From Planctomycetaceae bacterium (lineage in GTDB: Bacteria > Planctomycetota > Planctomycetia > Pirellulales > UBA1268), in contig SIAG01000001.1 in NCBI GenBank assembly GCA_009691925.1, positions 1 to 31,200 on the forward strand: DNA of 31,200 nucleotides, given 5' to 3'. The notes beneath the pieces were generated by a model. The model made no database searches. It worked only from the letters and a program-made list of their open reading frames with translations, and was not told where the DNA came from. The position numbers and the translations under genes are program-made. Positions 26,408-31,200 of the stretch are shown here, one piece after another; position 1 is the stretch's first letter, and every line of letters starts with the position of its first letter.

Positions 26408-26656
26408 GTCGCACTCCCTGCAGGTCCGGCGGGCGGTTCCCTGCCGCGGCCGGCCGGGGAGGTCATCGATTGCGGGCGCCTTCGGCCGCTGGAGAAGATT
26501 GTTCCCCGCCTGGTGGCCCGCCGGCAAGCGCTGCCGCAGGGATCGCATCGTCCCCGCTGCGGGGCCCTTGGTTGGCTGTCATCGGCCTCACCGAGCGATC
26601 GGCGGTCCCACCCCATCACCGGGAACGTCTGGCAGCCCGCCCGAGCCGAGCACGCC

Positions 26657-26809
26657 GGCATCACCGATCCCCACTCCGGGGCGATGAAACGGGGAAAGTG
26701 GGGGGGACATCCAGGCCACGACCGAGGTCGTCGACATTCGCTCCGTCGTGTCGTCGCCCCCCAAGCTCTTTTCCCGTTGCACGGCGATCCGGACAGTCCT
26801 CCGGTTGCC
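26657..26809. ncRNA. Candidate structured RNA (long rod with branched apex), class unknown
   Basis: Nested stems 26675-79/26789-93, 26688-98/26768-78 (11 bp) and 26699-705/26757-63 (7 bp), with inner hairpins 26718-31 and 26732-53. Lies in a 970-bp gene-free gap. Confidence 0.3.
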
Positions 26810-27080
26810 ACCGCGCCCAATCTTTAAGTCTTCAATCGACCCATCATGCTCCTCGTCCGCGACCTTCGTCCGGCATCGTTCGAATCCCCATGCGAGGCAA
26901 CGAGTCGAAGGGAAGGACTTCAGCGGACCAGTGCCGTTCCATCGGCGAATCGATCGTGATGCATGGCAGTGAATCTCTTCTCCGGCAGGCATGACGACCG
27001 ACGCTGGGCCGTGTCGAATCGCTCGGCCGTTGATCCGACGTGATGCGGATCAGCAGCCGTCGAATCCTCGACGCGTCGCC

Positions 27081-27109
27081 ATTCTTGTGGGATGCGCTGG
27101 GTTGTCAAG
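27081..27109 (-). promoter_or_regulatory. Candidate leftward sigma70 promoter in the folK/CPBP gap
   Basis: Minus strand: perfect TTGACA (27109-27104), N17, AAGAAT (27086-27081). Confidence 0.4.
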
Positions 27110-27381
27110 CAAGGGGCTTGGGAGCCGCGCCATACGCGGAAAAAACGTGGAGGGTGTGCGGCGCTGAAGCGCGCGGAGCGTTGCTGGCATGGGTTGACAG
27201 CAGCGCCAGCATCGTCGCGCTTCACGGCAGCAGCGGCGCGGGGCTCTTGCCAGTCCGCCCGTGGGCGGCCACAACTGATGGCCGTGCCCGTCGCCAGCTG
27301 ATCGATCGCGCTCCACGGCAGTCTCGATCGAAGTCGCCGGCCGAACTGAAGTGGTTGTGGCGAAGGCTCGGGGTGTCGTTG

Positions 27382-28209
27382 ATGGCTCCACGTGACGACG
27401 GTGAACGTGACTGGCGCGATCCGGCGGCGGAGGCCGACGAGGCGCTCGACAGCCTGCTGCGCGAGGTCGATGCCGATCCTCCAACCCCGGCCGGAGCCGA
27501 CGGCGCCGGCGCGGCCCCCGCCGACAACTACTGGGCGCTGTCGCGGATGCCGCTGACGAGCCTCGTCTTCATTCTCCCGCTCGTGCTCGCGTACGAAGGG
27601 GGCGTGTTGTTGCTGGGACGGAGTTCCCCTCGCAACGGCGCCGACGTCTGGCTGCGGCACCTCCTCGATGCGCTCGGATTCGGCGAGTATTTCCTCCTCC
27701 CGGTGCTCACGATCCTCGGCTTGCTCGCCTGGCAGCACATCGAACACGACCGCTGGCGCTTCAGTCCGGGGGTGCTTGTCGGGATGGTGGCGGAGTGTTG
27801 CCTCCTGGCCGTCGTGCTCGTGGGGGTGGCGCGGCTGCAAAACCGCCTCTGGCCGCTTCTCCTCGAGCCTGGCCTGGAGGGGATCTTCGCGCGGTTCATC
27901 GGATTCTGCGGGGCGGGGCTCTACGAGGAGGTGCTCTTCCGCCTTCTCATGCTCCCAGCCGTGGCCTGGGGGCTGGGGCGGATCGGCACGCCGCCGGGCC
28001 CGTCGATCGCCTGGTCGGCGATCCTCACGAGCCTCCTCTTCAGTGCCGCCCACTACGTCGGGCCGTTAGGCGACAGCTTCCAGCTCTACAGCTTCACCTT
28101 CCGCACCGTCGCCGGGCTGTTCTTCGCGCTCCTCTTTATCGTCCGCGGATTCGGGATCGCAGCGGGGACGCACGCCGCCTACGACATGTTCGTCGCGCTC
28201 CTCCCCTGA
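27382..28209 (+). CDS. CPBP-family (CAAX/Abi-type) intramembrane glutamic endopeptidase, about 275 aa
   Basis: Motifs GLYEEVLFR, LLFSAAHY and GTHAAYD, with multiple TM helices. The start is uncertain; ATG 27382 was chosen. Confidence 0.88.
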   Translation: MAPRDDGERDWRDPAAEADEALDSLLREVDADPPTPAGADGAGAAPADNYWALSRMPLTSLVFILPLVLAYEGGVLLLGRSSPRNGADVWLRHLLDALGFGEYFLLPVLTILGLLAWQHIEHDRWRFSPGVLVGMVAECCLLAVVLVGVARLQNRLWPLLLEPGLEGIFARFIGFCGAGLYEEVLFRLLMLPAVAWGLGRIGTPPGPSIAWSAILTSLLFSAAHYVGPLGDSFQLYSFTFRTVAGLFFALLFIVRGFGIAAGTHAAYDMFVALLP

Positions 28210-28410
28210 TGATCCGCGGGAAAAATGCAAGGAGAATTTTTTCCAGGCGTCCACGGTGGAGTTGCCCGCCGATCGGCCGATCCGGGGAGCCGGGTTGGTG
28301 GCGGCGACGGTGATTTTTATACTTCGGTCCCCGGTCGCGGCGTGCGCTGGCCGACGGAAGGAGGTCGACGGGCACGGTCGTCACCAATCGCTCAGAGGAG
28401 AATCCCCCGC

Positions 28411-28950
28411 GTGCTGTCGGCCCGTCCCAAAGTCACCGACCTCGTCTTCCAGCTTTACGGGCGCGTTCTGCATCCGGAGCTGTTCGAGATCCATGCCACG
28501 CGCTCGATCGAACGGGGCGGCTACTCGGCCAGCGTCTCGATCACCAGCGCCGGCCATATCATCTGCTGGCGCAAGGATGGCCTCGTGCTCTCGGAGGTGG
28601 CGACGGCGGCGACGGCGCCGCTGCCCCAGAAGCGCAGGCTCTTCTCGTACCGTCTCTGCGGAGAGCGGAGTGACCGGATGGAATGCCGCGGTGGGGCCTG
28701 CTACCAGATGTGCTTCCAATTGGAGACGGTGGCGCCGGAGCTATTCTGGACCTTCCAGCAGGAGCTCTGTACCGATGGGGGGCGCAACGGACTGCTCCAC
28801 CGCTTCGAGGCGGGAAGCCGGATGGCGCTGGGCGCCATCAGTTGGATCAATCTCGAGACCCGTTCGAAGAGCCTGCACGTGCAGGCCTTTCACACCTTCC
28901 CCGACGACCTGGCGATCGTGAAGAGCCAGACCCTGTTCGAGACGCCGTAG
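28411..28950 (+). CDS. DUF2617-family protein, about 179 aa
   Basis: RPKVTDLVFQLYGRVLHPELFE...GHII...HTFPDDLAIVKSQTLFE pattern, recalled for this family. GTG with GAGGAG RBS. Confidence 0.75.
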   Translation: MLSARPKVTDLVFQLYGRVLHPELFEIHATRSIERGGYSASVSITSAGHIICWRKDGLVLSEVATAATAPLPQKRRLFSYRLCGERSDRMECRGGACYQMCFQLETVAPELFWTFQQELCTDGGRNGLLHRFEAGSRMALGAISWINLETRSKSLHVQAFHTFPDDLAIVKSQTLFETP

Positions 28951-28982
28951 CCCCGGCGGCCCCCCCGACGAGGACCGAGACC

Positions 28983-29456
28983 ATGAGCCGATCCGCCGCC
29001 GATCCCGAGTCACCGCGCCGCAGCCGCGTGCTGATCGCCGACGACAACGAGCCCAACCGCGAGCTCCTCGAGGTCTATCTCGCCGACATCGAGTGCGATA
29101 TCGCCACCGCGGTCGACGGCAAGGACACGCTTGAAAAGGTGGCGACGTTCCACCCCGACGTCATCCTCCTCGACGTCATGATGCCGAAGCTCTCCGGCTT
29201 CGAGGTCTGTCAGCGTCTCAAGGCCGACCCGGCGACGAGCCCGATCATGGTCCTGATGGTGACGGCCCTCGGCGAGCTCGGCGATATCGAGCGGGCCGTC
29301 GAGTCGGGCACCGACGATTTCCTCTCCAAGCCGGTCAACCGAGTGGAGCTCGTGAAGCGCGTCGAAAACATGCTCAAGCTGCGGCATGTCACCGACGAGC
29401 TCGAGCGGCTGCGGAGCTACATCAGCAGCATGGACGACGACCAGCCGCCGCGCTGA
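28983..29456 (+). CDS. Single-domain response regulator (receiver plus short C-terminal helix), 157 aa
   Basis: VLIADD, PDVILLDVMMPKLSG, VLMVTA and FLSKP receiver motifs. No output domain. Confidence 0.93.
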   Translation: MSRSAADPESPRRSRVLIADDNEPNRELLEVYLADIECDIATAVDGKDTLEKVATFHPDVILLDVMMPKLSGFEVCQRLKADPATSPIMVLMVTALGELGDIERAVESGTDDFLSKPVNRVELVKRVENMLKLRHVTDELERLRSYISSMDDDQPPR

Positions 29457-29562
29457 CGCCCCGTGGCAAAAGCTCGCCGTGGCTGTCCGACGGCGGGCGG
29501 CCGGTGGATCCAGCGCGACTGGTCTGATCCGGACGCATCCGGCGGCGCGCGTGGCGCGGTCC

Positions 29563-30444
29563 TTAGGCCCGGCGGCCGCCGATGCCGACGGCCTCGAGAA
29601 CGCGCGACGTCGCCGGCGATTTGTTGAGCACGTAGAAGTGGATCCCGGGGACGCCGGCAGCGACGAGCTCCTCGACCTGCTTGGCAGCGAACTCGACCCC
29701 CGCCTCGAACTGGGCGGTCTCATCGTCGCCGGCAGCTTCGAAGCCGCGCGTGAACGACTCGGGGAGCCGGGCCGCGCAGAGCGAGGCGATCCGGCGGATC
29801 TGCGGGAAGTTCGTGACGGGCATCACACCCGGCACAATCGGCGCCTGGATGCCGAGGCGGCGGCAGGCGTCGCGGAAGCGGAGGAAGTCGGCGTTGTCGT
29901 AGAACAGCTGCGTGACGATGAGGTCGCCGCCGCTTTCCACCTTGCGCTTGAGGTTTTCGAGGTCGGTCTGTGGGGAAATGGCTTCCTGGTGGGTCTCGGG
30001 GTAGCCGGCCACGAGGATCCCGAAGCGGGGGAACTCAGCGCGAATCAGCGCCACGAGCTCGGAGGCATAGGAGAGCCCGCCGTCGACAGCGTGGAACCCC
30101 GTTTCTCCCTTGGGGGGATCGCCGCGGAGGGCAACGATCGCCGTCACGCCGAGGGCCTCGGCCTCGCGGAGGTAGCCGCGCAGTTCATCGACGGTGCTGC
30201 CGACGCAGGTGAGGTGGCTGGCGACGGCGACGCCGTGGCGCTGCCGCAGGCCGGCGAGGATCTCGAGGGTCTTGCCGCGGGTCGAGCCGCCGGCGCCGTA
30301 GGTGCAGGTGATGAGCGCCGGCTCCCAGGCAACGAGGTCCTCGACGGTCTGCCACATCGCGGCTTCCGACTCGGCCGACTTGGGGGGGAAGAGCTCGAAG
30401 GAGAGGCCGATTCGGCCGGGGGGATAGCTGTGGAGGATCGACAC
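29563..30444 (-). CDS. metF: 5,10-methylenetetrahydrofolate reductase, about 293 aa
   Basis: SFELFPPK, CTYGAGG, SHLTC, ALRGDPP, AGYPETH, VTQLFYDN, IVPGVMP and IHFYVLN motifs. GTG 30444. Confidence 0.96.
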   Translation of the reverse strand: MSILHSYPPGRIGLSFELFPPKSAESEAAMWQTVEDLVAWEPALITCTYGAGGSTRGKTLEILAGLRQRHGVAVASHLTCVGSTVDELRGYLREAEALGVTAIVALRGDPPKGETGFHAVDGGLSYASELVALIRAEFPRFGILVAGYPETHQEAISPQTDLENLKRKVESGGDLIVTQLFYDNADFLRFRDACRRLGIQAPIVPGVMPVTNFPQIRRIASLCAARLPESFTRGFEAAGDDETAQFEAGVEFAAKQVEELVAAGVPGIHFYVLNKSPATSRVLEAVGIGGRRA

Positions 30445-30600
30445 GGTGGCGGATCTCTGGGGTGGGGCTGACCGGAAGTCGGCAGAAGGGGGGGCGCTGA
30501 ACCGCGGGCTCCCGCCAACAGAACGATTGTAGCGCCCTCCCGCTCGGGATGCAGCGCCGGGCCGGGGGGGAGAGTCGGACCGGGCGAAAGCCGAGGAAGC

Positions 30601-30636
30601 GGTGGGGGCGGTGGGGGCGGAGGGGGCGGAGGGGGT
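30601..30636 (+). repeat. 9-bp tandem repeat GG(T/A)GGGGGC x4, forming four G5 runs (G-quadruplex motif)
   Basis: G5 runs at 30604-08, 30613-17, 30622-26 and 30631-35 with equal 4-nt loops. Confidence 0.85.
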
Positions 30637-30726
30637 CGCTCGAGCCACGCTCGGGGGGCGCCGCGACGGAGGCTGGCGTCGAGAGTCGGGAATCCGTAGG
30701 CTTCTGCGGCGTTCACGCGCCCTCGA

Positions 30727-30809
30727 GCCGGAGTGGCGAAATGGCAGACGCGGCGGACTCAAAATCCGTTGCCAGCAATGGCGTGTGGGTTCAAGTCCCA
30801 CCTCCGGCA
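30727..30809 (+). tRNA. tRNA-Leu (anticodon CAA); CCA not encoded
   Basis: Acceptor stem GCCGGAG/CTCCGGC, D-loop TGGCAGAC, anticodon arm GCGGA-CT-CAA-AA-TCCGT (CAA at 30760-30762), long variable arm, T-loop GGTTCAAGTCC. Confidence 0.97.
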
Positions 30810-31062
30810 CTGCAGAAAACAAGGAACAGACGAGGGGGGGGCCTGCGACGTGCGTCCCTCCAGCGGGGCATCTGTTTGCAAAACTGGTAGCAAACCGACC
30901 GAAAAACGAATCAATCGGTCACATCGGCAGGGGCCGCAAAAGCGTCGCCTCCACGCTCGGTAGGTGAACGGCGTGGCACCGGCACGCGGACGACATGATC
31001 TGGCTGACCGTTGCCGAGATACGGCTCCGTCTGCCACTCGCCGTCGTTGATCCATCCGTCAT

Positions 31063-31092
31063 GGCCACGGCCACGGCCACGGCCACGGCCAT
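31063..31092. repeat. Hexamer repeat GGCCAC x4 plus GGCCAT, flanked by a 17-bp direct repeat
   Basis: Units at 31063-31092. GCCACTCGCCGTCGTTG at 31033-31049 and 31094-31110. Confidence 0.85.
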
Positions 31093-31200
31093 CGCCACTC
31101 GCCGTCGTTGCCGTTGGAGCCGACGCTCATCGGGTGCGAAGGGAGCCCGCGGCGGGGGCACTTGTCAATCACGCCGAGCCATCCAAATGAAGACCGGTGC

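Noticed and set aside
26780-26815. RNase P RNA, suggested by minus-strand GGAGGACTGTCCGG resembling GAGGAAAGTCC
   Set aside because: The other universal RNase P segments (GGAAAGTGCCACAGAAA, GGTAAAC, ACAGAA..CGGCTTA) are absent.
27406-27416. ZTP (pfl) riboswitch-like CGTGACTGGCG
   Set aside because: It falls in the CPBP reading frame, and the 3' CGCCTGGG pseudoknot partner is not nearby.
30445-30726. SAM riboswitch upstream of metF
   Set aside because: No SAM-I core (ATC..AGA / GCAACC / GTGC / AGATGA) or SAM-II-like motif was recognisable on the minus strand.

Overview
High-GC chromosomal segment, most likely from a planctomycete (DUF1559 prepilin-type protein, DUF2617-like protein, Planctomycetota-style EF-Ts and Lgt motifs). 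Most of it is housekeeping: an ABC-2-type exporter cluster, rpsB-tsf-pyrH and frr (separated by about 6.6 kb carrying four other genes), ilvN-ilvC, an RlmI-like methyltransferase coupled to an MMPL/RND transporter, a CDGSH Fe-S protein, folK(fusion)-panC-lgt, a CPBP intramembrane protease, DUF2617, a stand-alone response regulator, metF and tRNA-Leu(CAA). The most unusual part is 15755-18320. There, a 124/125-bp multi-hairpin tandem unit that contains the 3' end of a 91-aa gene brackets a 2.15-kb AT-richer cargo (an orphan exported protein, a DUF2281-like antitoxin and a truncated PemK/MazF-type toxin). The distal copy of the gene tail differs only by synonymous changes. Other points of note: several short tandem repeats that include neighbouring stop codons, a KimA/KUP-like transporter, a FolK fusion with a degenerate P-loop domain, a structured RNA candidate and a G-quadruplex motif. 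All family calls come from motif recognition by eye. No searches were run.
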